A stretch of DNA of 64,000 nt from Candidatus Poribacteria bacterium (GTDB taxonomy: Bacteria; Poribacteria; WGA-4E; PCPOR2b), in NCBI GenBank assembly GCA_965208675.1, contig OZ242351.1:3936001-4000000 (forward strand). The letters are read 5' to 3'. The notes beneath the pieces were generated by a model that made no database searches, was not told the DNA's origin, and worked only from the letters and a program-made list of their open reading frames with translations. Positions 18,417 through 29,946 of this stretch are shown here, one piece after another (the stretch's first letter is position 1; the number at the start of each line of letters is the position of its first letter). A program made the position numbers and the translations under genes.

Positions 18417-19211
18417 TTACACCTCGTTCAGTGCGCGAAGCTCCTCATCACTATTGAACTGAAGCGGACGCAGATGCAGCCCGCCGTCAACAACCAACTG
18501 ACTTCCGGTGGTGTAGGCGCTCAATCTGTCGGAGAGCAACAACACCGCTGCAGGTCCCAACTCCTCCGGTTTTCCGAACCGGCGCAGCGGGATTTCACGT
18601 TTCAGAACCCGCTCTTGTGTCTCGGTAATTCCTGCCGTGAGACGTGTGGGATAGTGGCCGGGCACCAGAAGATTGACGCGAATGCCGAAGGGAGCCATTT
18701 CGGTGGCGAGGCTCTCCATCAACACTCGAATTCCAGTCTTCGAGATATGGTAGGATGTTTCTGTGAACGATCGATTAAATTGAGCCGTCGATCCAACGAT
18801 TAAAATGCACCCTTGTCGGCGGGCAATCATATGTTTCCCGACTTCCCGCGTTGCCCAAATGCAGGCTGAAAGGTTAGTATTTATCGTCTGCATCCACGAT
18901 TCCGTGGTAATTCTGGTAAACGGTTGATGCCATGCCCAAGCGGCGTTGTTGACGTAGAGATCTAGATGTCCGAAGGTGTCAATGACCTGCGCCACTGTAT
19001 CAACTACCTGATCTTCTTGGCTCACGTCTGCACGGATGGAAATTCCCCGAACACCGCACGCTTCAATTTCTTTTTGCGTTTTCAATGGCGGGTTTCGGCT
19101 GGCAATCGCTACATCGACGCCCTCCTGAGCCAGTGCCAGCGCGAGTGCGCGTCCGATTCCCGTACCGCCGCCCGTAACAAGGGCGGTCTTCCCTTTGAGT
19201 CCGCTGTCCAC
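18417..19211 (-). CDS. SDR family oxidoreductase
   Basis: TGGGTGIG, VNNAA, YHISK (YxxxK), VDGG. Likely GTG start at 19211 after RBS AAGGAGG (ORF track extends to 19337). Confidence 0.92.
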   Translation of the reverse strand: MDSGLKGKTALVTGGGTGIGRALALALAQEGVDVAIASRNPPLKTQKEIEACGVRGISIRADVSQEDQVVDTVAQVIDTFGHLDLYVNNAAWAWHQPFTRITTESWMQTINTNLSACIWATREVGKHMIARRQGCILIVGSTAQFNRSFTETSYHISKTGIRVLMESLATEMAPFGIRVNLLVPGHYPTRLTAGITETQERVLKREIPLRRFGKPEELGPAAVLLLSDRLSAYTTGSQLVVDGGLHLRPLQFNSDEELRALNEV

Positions 19212-19369
19212 ACTTTCCTCCTTCATTTTTTGGGGTGCATAATCTTCACTGTTACCGTCTCGGCGTTGAAATCCAGGGCTTTCCCGCGCCGGGATCGAAC
19301 TGCTTGTAGGATGAGTTGAGCCAACGGTGAAACTCAACCCTCAACATGAAGATTAGGGTATCGCGGTCG

Positions 19370-20164
19370 CTATTCACTCCCTTGATTGGTCATGATTTCG
19401 AGGTAATCGCTTTCCCATGTAAACTCGTTGACTTCAAAAAATGTCTCCGGCATCACGAAATCACTGAGCTTATGTATCGCCCGTTTGATGTGTTTTTGCC
19501 CGCCCCTGAGTACAAATACACCGTGCCCCGGCAAAAGCACATCTACTTCTAGATTGGCTAGTTTGTGGATATCGCGTCGATAGTCAGCCATGCTAAATCC
19601 ATCCAGATTCAGTAAACCCAGCTTTCCGGCGTAAAAAACTGTATCGCCCGTGCATAGTGCGCGCTTCCCATTATCGCTGAATGAAAAACAGGTGGCGTCC
19701 TTCGTATGGCCCTGCACCAGTATAACTTCAACCTCAATGTCCCCGATCTGTATCCGTTCTCCATCGGCAAATGTGGAAACATTTGGGCAGGCGCGGGGCT
19801 TAAACTCGGACGGATAGCGGCCGTATTTAAAATTGAGTTCAATCGCAGGGTCGCCGTCAACACTTTCCATTAAACTCGCACCCAGCGTATGCACCCATAC
19901 TTGAGCGCCTGTGTGTTGGCGAAGTGCATCGGCGCCGCCCCAATGCCCTAAATGCGAGTGGGTGATTAGTATGTGCGTTAATAGCTCCGGGTCGAAACCG
20001 TCGGAGATAATATTTGCCATGATATCATCCACGCCCATGCCCAACCCCGTATCCACCAATCCTAACGCCGTTCCGCCGTCAATTAGAAAACAGTTGCAGT
20101 CAAGGGGATAACTTAGCGCAAATTGGTCACTCCCTACCATGTAAACATGGTCACTAATACGCAT
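19370..20164 (-). CDS. Metallo-beta-lactamase-fold hydrolase
   Basis: THSHLGHWGG (HxHxDH variant with D replaced by G), GHT, TGD, LPGHG. Confidence 0.85.
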   Translation of the reverse strand: MRISDHVYMVGSDQFALSYPLDCNCFLIDGGTALGLVDTGLGMGVDDIMANIISDGFDPELLTHILITHSHLGHWGGADALRQHTGAQVWVHTLGASLMESVDGDPAIELNFKYGRYPSEFKPRACPNVSTFADGERIQIGDIEVEVILVQGHTKDATCFSFSDNGKRALCTGDTVFYAGKLGLLNLDGFSMADYRRDIHKLANLEVDVLLPGHGVFVLRGGQKHIKRAIHKLSDFVMPETFFEVNEFTWESDYLEIMTNQGSE

Positions 20165-20421
20165 GATACTTACCTCCGTTACTCCTTTGATGTATATTCT
20201 TCGCTAGCCTTAACGTCTTTTAAAAGTTAGTTCTAATCTCTTTGAATACTCCCAATATTGTTTTGTAGACGAGTTATTGATTTACGGCCGAATCGATATG
20301 CCGACATTTTCCTATTGCCGGTAGGTGTTCCTACAACGTTGGGGACGGTCTGTTTGTATTTCTCGTTTTGCGGCGATGAGTAGCACACGCATTTCACAAT
20401 AAGATTGTTCCTGTATTAGCA

Positions 20422-20844
20422 TCAAACTTCAGGTACAAGATTCTTCTTGATTTCGATAAACTCCACGATCCAGCCGCTGGGCGAAATCATGAAAGCTACC
20501 CTTCGCTCGCCGAAGCCCGCGGAAACCTCAGCTATATCCCGCATCATTACGGCACCGGCGCCTAGCGCTTTGTCAACATCCTCATCTAAGCTGCTCGACA
20601 TATAGACCAAATGTGTCATACCGTACGGCAACGTTTTCCCAAGCCAATCCTCGTAGACCATCTTCTCCGCCAAGTGCAGATATTTGTCGCCCATCTTGAC
20701 TAACGGCACACGGAAAAATTCGCCATCTATTTCGAGTGTCTCGTCCAGCACAATTTCGGTTCCGATTTGGCGGTGAAATTCCAATTCTCGCTCAAGATCT
20801 GGAACCTTGATACCGATAGTCCACAGACCGGTTAACATAATCAA
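20422..20844 (-). CDS. VOC/glyoxalase family protein
   Basis: IGIKVPDLERELEF...GMTHLVY...VAFMISPSGWIVEFIE. Confidence 0.8.
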   Translation of the reverse strand: MIMLTGLWTIGIKVPDLERELEFHRQIGTEIVLDETLEIDGEFFRVPLVKMGDKYLHLAEKMVYEDWLGKTLPYGMTHLVYMSSSLDEDVDKALGAGAVMMRDIAEVSAGFGERRVAFMISPSGWIVEFIEIKKNLVPEV

Positions 20845-21012
20845 CCCCCTCTCACGATTGTGTGAATCATCTCTGATTGCCTCAACGATTCCGCAACGCG
20901 TTTAGATTCGTTTCCTTCAGGAACAGTACGAACCTTAACGCGGATGAACTAAGTTGCCAATGAGCGTACTTTGATTTTCCTTCTCAAAACAAATTTCCTT
21001 GTGCCAGTTTTT

Positions 21013-21990
21013 TCATTTCCCTTCCGGCTTCATACCCGACGGCAGTTCTGCCTGCCCGTACGACTCTCGAATCCTGCGCACTTCGGACACGTTCATCCAC
21101 GATTCTAGTAAATTATAGAGGTTGCCGTGTTGTTCGGCCACACTACTAATCCGTCCGGTCCGCTTTTCAAGTTCCATGGCTTTGACCATCGCGTTAACGG
21201 CAACCCCTAGCATGGTCGTCGGTTCAATTTGGAGTTGATAGCCCAACTCGTAAAGTTCATCCACGCTCAATTGCATCATGTCAGACGTATATTGGACGCG
21301 GTCCGCGTCGATTTCGGTACCTAAGGTACGGATGGTCATCATTGGGCCATCCACTTGGCTGCGGAAAAAGCGGGCATGTTCAACCGACCAACAGATTGCC
21401 ATGAGGGCATCCGATCCGGCCTCTTGGTAGGCATAGGCACGCCGTAACCAATCCTCGCGCCGCGATTCCTCGTCAGGGTGAACTCTTGCGACATAAGTAC
21501 CCGGTCGTCCGATTACCATGAATTCAGGGTTGAGTTTTTCACCCGCCATTGCCCGAATCTTGTCTGCGGTCTGATCCATCGGCTCAATCGCCATGACGTG
21601 TGGTGGAATAAACGGGCATTTATACGGCAAACCGTAATCGTCGATGTGTACGCCCGCAACGCCGGCGCGCTCAAACTCGTGCATCCAATACACTGAAGCA
21701 TATGGTTCACCGAATCCCTGCTCGAAGTCCACGACGATTGGTAAATTAACCGAACGGCGAATTTTGCGGCACACCTCGACAGTCTCATCGGGCGTAATTA
21801 CGCCGATGTCCGGTTGGCCATTCACAAAAGCGATTTGCAGCGACTGTACCCCCACAGCGTCGAAGCCTACCCGTTCAGCAATCTTAGCGGATACCACGTC
21901 GTGTACCCCCATAATCCAGATTGGACGGTCTTTTTTTAGCAACGGTGTTAAATATGGTGTATCCACGGTAAATTCTCCTTCTGTTGGCAA
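21013..21990 (-). CDS. Isocitrate lyase/PEP mutase superfamily protein
   Basis: GVHDVVSAKIAERVGFDAV, LPIVVDFEQGFG, GVAGVHIDD, YQEAGSDA. Confidence 0.85.
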   Translation of the reverse strand: MPTEGEFTVDTPYLTPLLKKDRPIWIMGVHDVVSAKIAERVGFDAVGVQSLQIAFVNGQPDIGVITPDETVEVCRKIRRSVNLPIVVDFEQGFGEPYASVYWMHEFERAGVAGVHIDDYGLPYKCPFIPPHVMAIEPMDQTADKIRAMAGEKLNPEFMVIGRPGTYVARVHPDEESRREDWLRRAYAYQEAGSDALMAICWSVEHARFFRSQVDGPMMTIRTLGTEIDADRVQYTSDMMQLSVDELYELGYQLQIEPTTMLGVAVNAMVKAMELEKRTGRISSVAEQHGNLYNLLESWMNVSEVRRIRESYGQAELPSGMKPEGK

Positions 21991-22107
21991 CTAACGTAAT
22001 GCGAATACCGCCCAACGCTAGATGATTCTGATTAATATCTGTCCGCTTTTTGGAAATGAACTTCGCGTTCCACGTACATAGGCTCAGTCAATTATCTATT
22101 CTCCAAA

Positions 22108-23280
22108 CTACGGTTTAATCTGCAATTTCTGTCCGGTTCGATGGGATTCGTACGCCGATTCGACAACAGCCAAGGTAGCGCGACCGTCGCGTCCTCCGAC
22201 TAACGGCTGGGTATCGTTCAAAATAGATTGAACAAAGTTATCTATTTGGCGTCGGAACATGTACTGTTCGTTGGTACTAGGAGACAATGGCCCGCCTGGG
22301 GCGCGAGTTGGCTCGGGCATCTCCACCTGATACCAGCCGCGGTCGCTTTGATGCTTGTTCTCCAGCGACCATATCATTATACGGCCATGTTCTGGTGAAT
22401 CCCACGGCGGCAAATCGAATGCGAGATGTCCCCGTGTGCCATGAATGTAGCCAAATTCCGACCATTCACCTAAACCAGAGCCAATGTGCAAGATTGGAGA
22501 TAAGCTGCGCCCTACCGTGCCGGTGTCAAAGACGCCCACGGTGCCGTTTTTGAACCGCATTAGAACAACGCCGAAATCCTCCCAGACGCCAATCTCCGGA
22601 TTGCCCAAGTAATCGCGTGTAACATTTTGGATTTCGGCGGATACCGTCTCGACTTCAGATTCAGTCCACCATCGCCACAAATCAACATAATGCGGCAAAT
22701 GGTCCAGAATGATTCCGCCGCCCACCCCTTCATCCTTCCACCGCCAGTCATAGTTTTCACGATAGCCTTCCGGGATGAGCTCGTCCGGCGCAAGCTTGAC
22801 CGCTGCACCCCAGTGCACAACGAGGTAAAACACTTCGCCTAGCGTGCCGTTATCAATGATTTGCTTAATCCGTTCGAGCGCAAAGTTGAAGCGTTTTTCA
22901 TGCCCGAGCATCAGGCAAATTTCATTGTGCTCAGCCGCCGCAATGATATTATCGCATTCCTGCACATTGCGCGCCATCGGCTTCTCTAGCAAGACATGTT
23001 TTTTGTGTTCGGCGGCAGCCACCGCCATTTCGTGGTGGTAGGCAGGCGGCGTACATATCGACACGGCGTCAATGTCATCTCGCTTCAGAACATCTTGGTA
23101 GCTCGTCGAAACAACGCGGACGTTATATCGCTGTCGCGCCTGAATGGCACGCTCAATGTCTGTATCGCAAACGACGACTAGCTCGGCGTTTGGGTGTTCC
23201 CAAATCCAAGTTAGGTGTCCCATCCAAGCGGCTACACCGCAGCCGATGACGCCAAACCTTACCTTGTCTTTCATCTTCAT
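22108..23280 (-). CDS. Gfo/Idh/MocA oxidoreductase
   Basis: GVIGCG, DAVSICTP, HVLLEKPM, GGGIILDHLPH. Confidence 0.92.
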   Translation of the reverse strand: MKMKDKVRFGVIGCGVAAWMGHLTWIWEHPNAELVVVCDTDIERAIQARQRYNVRVVSTSYQDVLKRDDIDAVSICTPPAYHHEMAVAAAEHKKHVLLEKPMARNVQECDNIIAAAEHNEICLMLGHEKRFNFALERIKQIIDNGTLGEVFYLVVHWGAAVKLAPDELIPEGYRENYDWRWKDEGVGGGIILDHLPHYVDLWRWWTESEVETVSAEIQNVTRDYLGNPEIGVWEDFGVVLMRFKNGTVGVFDTGTVGRSLSPILHIGSGLGEWSEFGYIHGTRGHLAFDLPPWDSPEHGRIMIWSLENKHQSDRGWYQVEMPEPTRAPGGPLSPSTNEQYMFRRQIDNFVQSILNDTQPLVGGRDGRATLAVVESAYESHRTGQKLQIKP

Positions 23281-23796
23281 GAATTTAAGTAGCTACAAGT
23301 TTGTTTCCGAGTCCATCGTTCTAAACGAAAACTCGATGTATTAGTACACTCGTACCGGCATCAACCATGCGATGCTCGAAATTAAAACACGGTAGTAGAC
23401 AATCATAGTTGCCCCTTTAGTCTCGCTTAGTTGAAATGCGGCGCAGCAAAATTTCTATAGCTGGAATGTCAAATAGATGTGGAATTCAATTAAGAGCGTC
23501 AAAGTCAAAATTATATCAGAAAGGTTGACAAAACGCTGAAAACAATTATAATTATTCGGCATATTATAATGTAGGTAGGAAATATTCTCAAGCGTAAAAT
23601 GGCTTCCGTCCTTTACTAAATCGAGCTATTTCGCCGCTTGGAATCGGAGCCGCCCGCAACACAAAAGACTAAGGGCAAAACACGCTAGGCAATGCTTTTA
23701 GCCGAACTCGGAGAAAACAAATATGTTCATTTTCCCTTTAGTAGCATGTGGTCAAACGACCGTGTATCGAATGTGTCAGTGTTCTGGGAATCACCC

Positions 23797-24720
23797 ATGA
23801 TTGTCCATATGTCCGCCGGCCGATGGCGTCTTGGGCTGGCGCTGTCATTTGTCACGGCATTTTTCTGGGGTTTGGCGCCCATCGCACTAAAGCGGCTGCT
23901 GGACAGCATGGATGTATACACTATTACCTGGTATCGTTTCCTTTTCGCCGGCGTAGTATTATTGATTCCGGTTGTTCGCAGATATGAACTCTTTTCTGCG
24001 TTGAAACTTCAAGGAACACGTAGATTACTGCTGTTCGTTACGATTCTGAGTTTATGCTCCAACCACATTCTGTATCTCCTCGGTCTGGGTTACGTCTCTC
24101 CTAGTACGGTACAGATTGTTTTCCAATTGGCGCCTATATTCATGCTGTTAGGCAGTCTAGTTTTCTTTAATGAGCGTCTTGTCCGCTTGCAATGGATCGG
24201 ATTTGCAGTATTGGTCGTTGGTTTACTGCTGTTCTTCAACCGTCGGCTTAATGAACTGATGTTTGGATTCACCGATCTTACGGGCGGCGTCATTTTAATC
24301 CTCGCTGCCGTGTTAACGTGGACGATGTACGCACTTGCGCAAAAACAGCTGTTGAAATCTCTCCCGTCGGCAACAATTACACTTCTCATTTATCTCGCCG
24401 CCGCCATCGTTTTTCTACCATTTGCCCACCCTGCTCAACTGTTCAACCTGAATCGCACAGCGGCGTTGCTGCTTGCATTTTGTGCGTTAAGTACATTAAT
24501 TTCGTGGTGCAGCTTTGCCGAAGCACTTAACCACCTTGAAGCGTCGAGAGTTAGCATGATTTTGGCCTTGATTCCGCTAATTACTGTTGCCGCAATGGCG
24601 TTCGGCGGGAGCCTGCTTCCAGATGTCATACAGCATGAACCACTCAATTTCTTGAGTATCGTAGGCACCATCTTGGTAGTGCTCGGCTCTATGGTCGTTG
24701 CCTTACGGCAATCAGCCTAA
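23797..24720 (+). CDS. DMT/EamA family transporter (YhbE-like)
   Basis: About 10 TM helices; FFWGLAPIALK, TITWYRF, FAEALNHLEASRVS. Start uncertain (ORF track from 23692). Confidence 0.88.
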   Translation: MIVHMSAGRWRLGLALSFVTAFFWGLAPIALKRLLDSMDVYTITWYRFLFAGVVLLIPVVRRYELFSALKLQGTRRLLLFVTILSLCSNHILYLLGLGYVSPSTVQIVFQLAPIFMLLGSLVFFNERLVRLQWIGFAVLVVGLLLFFNRRLNELMFGFTDLTGGVILILAAVLTWTMYALAQKQLLKSLPSATITLLIYLAAAIVFLPFAHPAQLFNLNRTAALLLAFCALSTLISWCSFAEALNHLEASRVSMILALIPLITVAAMAFGGSLLPDVIQHEPLNFLSIVGTILVVLGSMVVALRQSA

Positions 24721-25077
24721 TTTTCCCCTGAATTTGATAATTAAATCTCGATCATGGATGTTCGAATTTTGATTTACACGACGTACCAATGAGGTGCACG
24801 CGCTAGATACTAGTTTGAGGTGTTAGGTCTCAGGTAAGACGGGAATTCGACCAAAAAGGTGATATTGCTGTGTTTGTCCGTTTAGTCACCCACCGGAATT
24901 CAACGCCGCAATTTAACTTGGGATGTTGAAATTTTCGGAACTTCCGCAATGGATAATGCGTTCATGGAATACCAAATGTTGACGATAACGCTTTGTGTCG
25001 AACCCGTGCAGATCTAATTTAAGCCAACGCTTGACTCACTAATCATCGTTACTGTTCAAGATCGATGTCGACGGAGG

Positions 25078-25851
25078 GTGTCCACGTTGATGAAGATTGC
25101 TAAAATTGACGGTCTCGTTTCAGTCTTTCGGATCGGTCTGAGTTGTGTGATATTGCTCATATTGCTGAAATTTGTTGGATTGAGCCCAAGAACCGCTGAT
25201 ATTGCCAAGACAACGCCAATAAATGGACCTGAACGCGATGATATTCTGAGATTTATCCTGAAACATGAAGCCGGGCTGAATATCCATGAACCCGCACATG
25301 TTGGAGGGGTTTCTTACGCGGGCATTACGGCTGTCGCGTGGACGGAATGGCGGAATAAACAAGGCGATAAAGCGAACCTGCCCGCTAATGTAATCCGCTT
25401 AGGGGGCGCAAACACGAGTCAAGATGCGTTGACTTCGCCCGATGCAAATATTGTGGTGATAAAGAGATTCTACCACGATTATTTTGAACGATATCGTTGC
25501 TGGGATGTTCATCCATGCTTGCAAGCTGGATATGCTGACTTTGCTACGCTTGCAGGCAAAAATGCGACACGGGTTATTCAGAAATTGGCGAATGTGGAAC
25601 CGGATGGAATCTGGAAAACACATACCACCTTGGCAGTCAGGAAATTCAACGATAACATTGACCTGGTATTGAAAGAGGAACCGGAATATGCGTGGAAGGT
25701 TTTTCTAAAGTTTGATGACAGTAAGCGCAAATTCCTAAAAACTCTTGCAAAACGGGATTCATTTTATGCGAGCGCCCTCCCCGGTTGGCTCGCAAGATCC
25801 AATAACCTCAAAGCGCTGATGAAACCGTACCTATTGAACAATGAAGATTGA
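25078..25851 (+). CDS. Divergent GH108-like lysozyme/peptidoglycan-binding protein with N-terminal membrane anchor
   Basis: ILKHEAG...GGVSYAGIT (compare HEGG...GGxTxYGIT), IQKLANVEPDGIW, C-terminal GWLAR. Confidence 0.6.
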   Translation: MSTLMKIAKIDGLVSVFRIGLSCVILLILLKFVGLSPRTADIAKTTPINGPERDDILRFILKHEAGLNIHEPAHVGGVSYAGITAVAWTEWRNKQGDKANLPANVIRLGGANTSQDALTSPDANIVVIKRFYHDYFERYRCWDVHPCLQAGYADFATLAGKNATRVIQKLANVEPDGIWKTHTTLAVRKFNDNIDLVLKEEPEYAWKVFLKFDDSKRKFLKTLAKRDSFYASALPGWLARSNNLKALMKPYLLNNED

Positions 25852-26025
25852 AGGACGCGCGGATAGAAAAAACGATTCTCATCTGTCTGCACCAAAAATT
25901 TCGCGAAAATTGTAGATATTTGAGTATATGGTTTTGCGTTGTAGTCAAGTAAACCACAATCGAATTGCCACGATTGTGAATCGGATAAAACCATTGGTAA
26001 TTGTAAATTTCGCATAAGTGGAATA

Positions 26026-28347
26026 TTAGATTCCAACATTCATTTTACCCTTCGCCCAATCACAGCGTTCAATCCATTCCCTTGCGTTGTAAATTATGCC
26101 AAGCGGCACATTGTCCTTCGCCGCAATCCGCTGAAATTGTTCGATTGCTAAGTCGTAGTGTCCAAGGCGGTACGAGTTTACACCAATCAACCGCACATTT
26201 TCGATTTCTAAACTCTGGTGTGGTAGTCCCAAAGTGATTGCTTTAAAACGGTAGCGGTTTGAGGCAACGTACTTTTGGACTAATTCGAGTTGTCTTGCAA
26301 TCAGATAGTGTGGCAGCCCCCACTCCGGTAGTTCATTAATAACTTCGTGAAGTAGTGCCTCCTTGAGTTGGGGTGATGACTGCGAGATTAGAACCTGCTT
26401 CAGTTTGTTCCTAACACCAACAAAATCCAACGCTAGTATAGCCAACTTGGCTTGAACATCCCAATCGCGGGAATGCGAAGCGTCAAGCGCAAACACTTGT
26501 TGGTAATGTGAAATTGCCTGATTACGCCTTCCTTGCTGCCAATGAACATTCCCCTCAACATTTTTCGCTTCTGCAATCTGCTTGACACTCGCGTCGGGAT
26601 GTGTACTGATCGTCGTTGTTAATTCCAACGTCTCACGGTAATCGCCCATATGATAGTGTGTATTCATCAACGCCAGCAGATTTGACAGGTTATCGGGATC
26701 TAATTTAAAAATTTCCTTGGACAAAGGTAATGCAGCGGCAAAATTGGATTCGCCGCTTGCCGTGTTTGCACGTATAGATAGTTCGGCAATCTTGTGCGCA
26801 CACACTTTTTGGAAAATGCTCGGAAATTTGAAATGTCCCTTCGCCGCCGCCAAATCGTCTTCGGTTAAAGGTACACTCTCTAGAAAGTTTTTCCATTCTT
26901 TAACTAAATTGTCCAAAGTTTTTCCGTAGGTTTGCTCAAAATTGCCCGTTGGAAAAACCTCTTTGAATTTTTCCATACCGTAAGTATCGGCAAGAAAACG
27001 CACGAAAGAACCAGCCAAGATATAGCTTCGTGATGATGCTTCTTTCCAGAACCCCAGTCCCATAATTTGTTGTATCTCTGGCGCAATTTTTAATTGGTGC
27101 ATGGCTTTGCTGCGCTGGTGCGGCGTAAGCTGCTCAGTATTCCAAGCTGCTGCGACGGCGATTCCCTCATGCAAACCCGGCTTGAGGCTAACTTTTAGCA
27201 GCGGATGCCAATCTGCTGTAAACGCGTGTGCCAATTCATGTTTCATAACGGGATGCGGGAATTCCTTGTAGTTAATGTGGAAGCCGCCTCCATATGGGTC
27301 TTGCATTGATGTTTCCCGAGCGCCAATAAGTTGTTTTTTCTGGTCAGGCGATGTGTATATATAAGATCGGATTTTCTTTGAGGGTTGAATCTGGAAGTAT
27401 GCAGACAGTTGCGCATGGCGAAACTCATGATCGTGTGCAATCCACTCAATGTCCTGTTCAACTCTAGAGCCTTTCTCGTAATACAGCTTGAAGTGTTCAG
27501 TCTCTTTCATACCGCCCAGCCTTTTTTCGATGTAACTCCGGGTTGGACGAAGACCGAGTTCACTGTGGTGTAGATAGATTGACACAAATGCCGCAATCAT
27601 CGCAGCTAGACAAAGGCGGCTCATCAGGCTGCTAAATTTAATCTCGAAACGATAGAGATTTCGGAGGCGCAGCTTCAGCGGAGATTCAGATCCTTCCTTG
27701 ACCGGTAACATGCCAACTGCCAATAGCAAAAAGATTCCAGTCAACACAAGCGCTGTGCCGCGGGCTAAAATGAGCGTTCCGGAAGTTGGAATGTATTCAT
27801 CGTAGATTGGGCCCGGGAAATAACCGAAGGTCGAATGATAACCAAAGACAGGAGGGTGAAAAACGAGATTGTGAAGCAGTGGCAGGAGGGTAGCGAAGAT
27901 ATAAACGAGATAAATGAGATAAGCGCTCCAGCGCTTCTTTAACCACAATCCGAAAAACACGCCTGCTCCGGTCGAATACGCACAACTAATAACCGGCAGG
28001 AGAAAAAAGAAAATACCGCCGACTAAAAAATCGCAATTTTTGATATTGAGTGCATTCAGCAGTATAATAATTAGTGGAGGGATTAGCAAAAGTACATTAG
28101 CGAAGAACGATTTGCCGAATAGCCTAACTACGGCTTGGAAGGAAGTTGCCTTGAGATTTGTCGATCCATTTCTGAGATGCTTCACGCATGTTGCGGCGAT
28201 GTGCGCCCCCGCAAACGAGATGGCAATTGCGAGGATGGCGCAAAACTCGAATGCCAACACGTTCACCAGCGGTATTCGCGCTAAAACCATCCCAAGGATA
28301 ACGAATAACGCAAACCAGATCCAATAAGTAATGGATTTGAAAATCAT
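26026..28347 (-). CDS. Membrane protein with gluzincin/MA-like metallopeptidase domain and TPRs
   Basis: About 6-7 N-terminal TM helices; ETEHFKLYY, HELAH...EGIAVA, SYILAGSFVRFL; TPR-like C-terminus. Confidence 0.72.
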   Translation of the reverse strand: MIFKSITYWIWFALFVILGMVLARIPLVNVLAFEFCAILAIAISFAGAHIAATCVKHLRNGSTNLKATSFQAVVRLFGKSFFANVLLLIPPLIIILLNALNIKNCDFLVGGIFFFLLPVISCAYSTGAGVFFGLWLKKRWSAYLIYLVYIFATLLPLLHNLVFHPPVFGYHSTFGYFPGPIYDEYIPTSGTLILARGTALVLTGIFLLLAVGMLPVKEGSESPLKLRLRNLYRFEIKFSSLMSRLCLAAMIAAFVSIYLHHSELGLRPTRSYIEKRLGGMKETEHFKLYYEKGSRVEQDIEWIAHDHEFRHAQLSAYFQIQPSKKIRSYIYTSPDQKKQLIGARETSMQDPYGGGFHINYKEFPHPVMKHELAHAFTADWHPLLKVSLKPGLHEGIAVAAAWNTEQLTPHQRSKAMHQLKIAPEIQQIMGLGFWKEASSRSYILAGSFVRFLADTYGMEKFKEVFPTGNFEQTYGKTLDNLVKEWKNFLESVPLTEDDLAAAKGHFKFPSIFQKVCAHKIAELSIRANTASGESNFAAALPLSKEIFKLDPDNLSNLLALMNTHYHMGDYRETLELTTTISTHPDASVKQIAEAKNVEGNVHWQQGRRNQAISHYQQVFALDASHSRDWDVQAKLAILALDFVGVRNKLKQVLISQSSPQLKEALLHEVINELPEWGLPHYLIARQLELVQKYVASNRYRFKAITLGLPHQSLEIENVRLIGVNSYRLGHYDLAIEQFQRIAAKDNVPLGIIYNAREWIERCDWAKGKMNVGI

Positions 28348-28663
28348 AGATGGGTGCCAATGCTTCGATAGCTACGATTTCGTTATGACCGATTCAAATC
28401 ATGATGAAATTTCACCGAGTAGTTTACTCCTCTACGAAATTTATTATACGCTAATTAGACATAAAGATCTAGTAGAATTGAACTGTAGGTATTTGACTCG
28501 GAGGCAAGAAGGTGTTATAATACCGCTTTGGGTCAGTAACAAAAAAACACGGTAACAGACTTAGCATTGGTGGGTATCGATTGGAATAGTCCTATTTGTC
28601 GGATGGTTTTGAAGGCTTGCTTATAGACCTCTAAAGGTAATTAATCGTAAAGGAGAAATTACA

Positions 28664-29851
28664 TTGGTTCAAAACTTACCTGATGTCGCAGGGCATTTCG
28701 GTGAATTTGGCGGCAGATTTGTCCCTGAAACTTTGATGTCAGCTTTGTTGGAACTTGAGGACGCTTACGCAGACTTGAAAGAAAATGAGGATTTTCAGAA
28801 GGAGTTTGAATATCATCTCAGTGAATATGTCGGTCGGCCAAACCCGCTTTATTACGCTGAGCGTTTAACGGAAGCACTAGGCGGCGCCAAAATCTATCTT
28901 AAGCGTGAAGATCTCAATCACACCGGTGCACACAAGATTAACAACACCATTGGGCAAATTTTGCTTGCGCGGCGCATGGGCAAGAAACGGATTATCGCTG
29001 AGACGGGGGCGGGACAACATGGCGTTGCAACGGCGACTGTTACAGCCAAGTTTAATATAGAATGCGAAATTTTCATGGGCGAAGAGGACATCGAACGGCA
29101 AGCCCTGAATGTTTTTCGTATGCAGCTTTTGGGAGCAACCGTTACGCCTGTTTCTTCCGGTTCTCGCACCCTCAAGGATGCCATCAACGCCGCATTCCGA
29201 GATTGGGTGACCAATGTAAGGACAACCCATCTCCTAATTGGTTCTGTTGTGGGTGCACATCCATACCCCATGATTGTTCGAGATTTCCAATCTGTAATTG
29301 GCAAAGAAACCAGAGCCCAGATCCTTGAAAAAGAAGGGCGGTTGCCAGATTGTATAGTCGCTTGCGTCGGCGGCGGGAGTAACTCAATTGGCATGTTTCA
29401 TCCGTTTTACGCTGATTCATCCGTGAAGCTAGTCGGTGTTGAAGCCGCAGGTGAAAGCATCCTCAGCGGAAAGCACGCCGCTCCGCTCTGCGCGGGCAGC
29501 ATAGGCGTGTTTCATGGCGCCAAATGCTATCTGTTACAGGAAGATGACGGTCAGATTACCCCCGCACACTCAATTTCAGCTGGACTAGATTATCCAGGTG
29601 TTGGTCCCGAACATAGCTACTACAGAGCCACCGGACGCGCCGAATATGTCTCCATTTCGGATGAGGAGGCAGTGGAAGGCTTTAAACTGCTATCGGAATC
29701 GGAAGGCATCATTCCGGCGCTTGAAGCCGCCCACGCCATCGCCTACGTCCGCGAACTTGCGCCAAAAATGGATCGCGATGCAATTATCGTTTTGTGCCTT
29801 TCAGGACGTGGTGATAAAGATGTATACACCATTATTCCTAACCCGATGTAG
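28664..29851 (+). CDS. trpB: Tryptophan synthase beta chain
   Basis: [45 protein letters not shown]. Confidence 0.98.
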   Translation: MVQNLPDVAGHFGEFGGRFVPETLMSALLELEDAYADLKENEDFQKEFEYHLSEYVGRPNPLYYAERLTEALGGAKIYLKREDLNHTGAHKINNTIGQILLARRMGKKRIIAETGAGQHGVATATVTAKFNIECEIFMGEEDIERQALNVFRMQLLGATVTPVSSGSRTLKDAINAAFRDWVTNVRTTHLLIGSVVGAHPYPMIVRDFQSVIGKETRAQILEKEGRLPDCIVACVGGGSNSIGMFHPFYADSSVKLVGVEAAGESILSGKHAAPLCAGSIGVFHGAKCYLLQEDDGQITPAHSISAGLDYPGVGPEHSYYRATGRAEYVSISDEEAVEGFKLLSESEGIIPALEAAHAIAYVRELAPKMDRDAIIVLCLSGRGDKDVYTIIPNPM

Positions 29852-29946
29852 GCAGGGCATCTTGCCCCGCATTCGCTATAAAACGTCAATAAAAAAATCA
29901 CGTCGTTCAACTGTGTAGGCTAATCACGTTAAAGGAAAATTCAATT

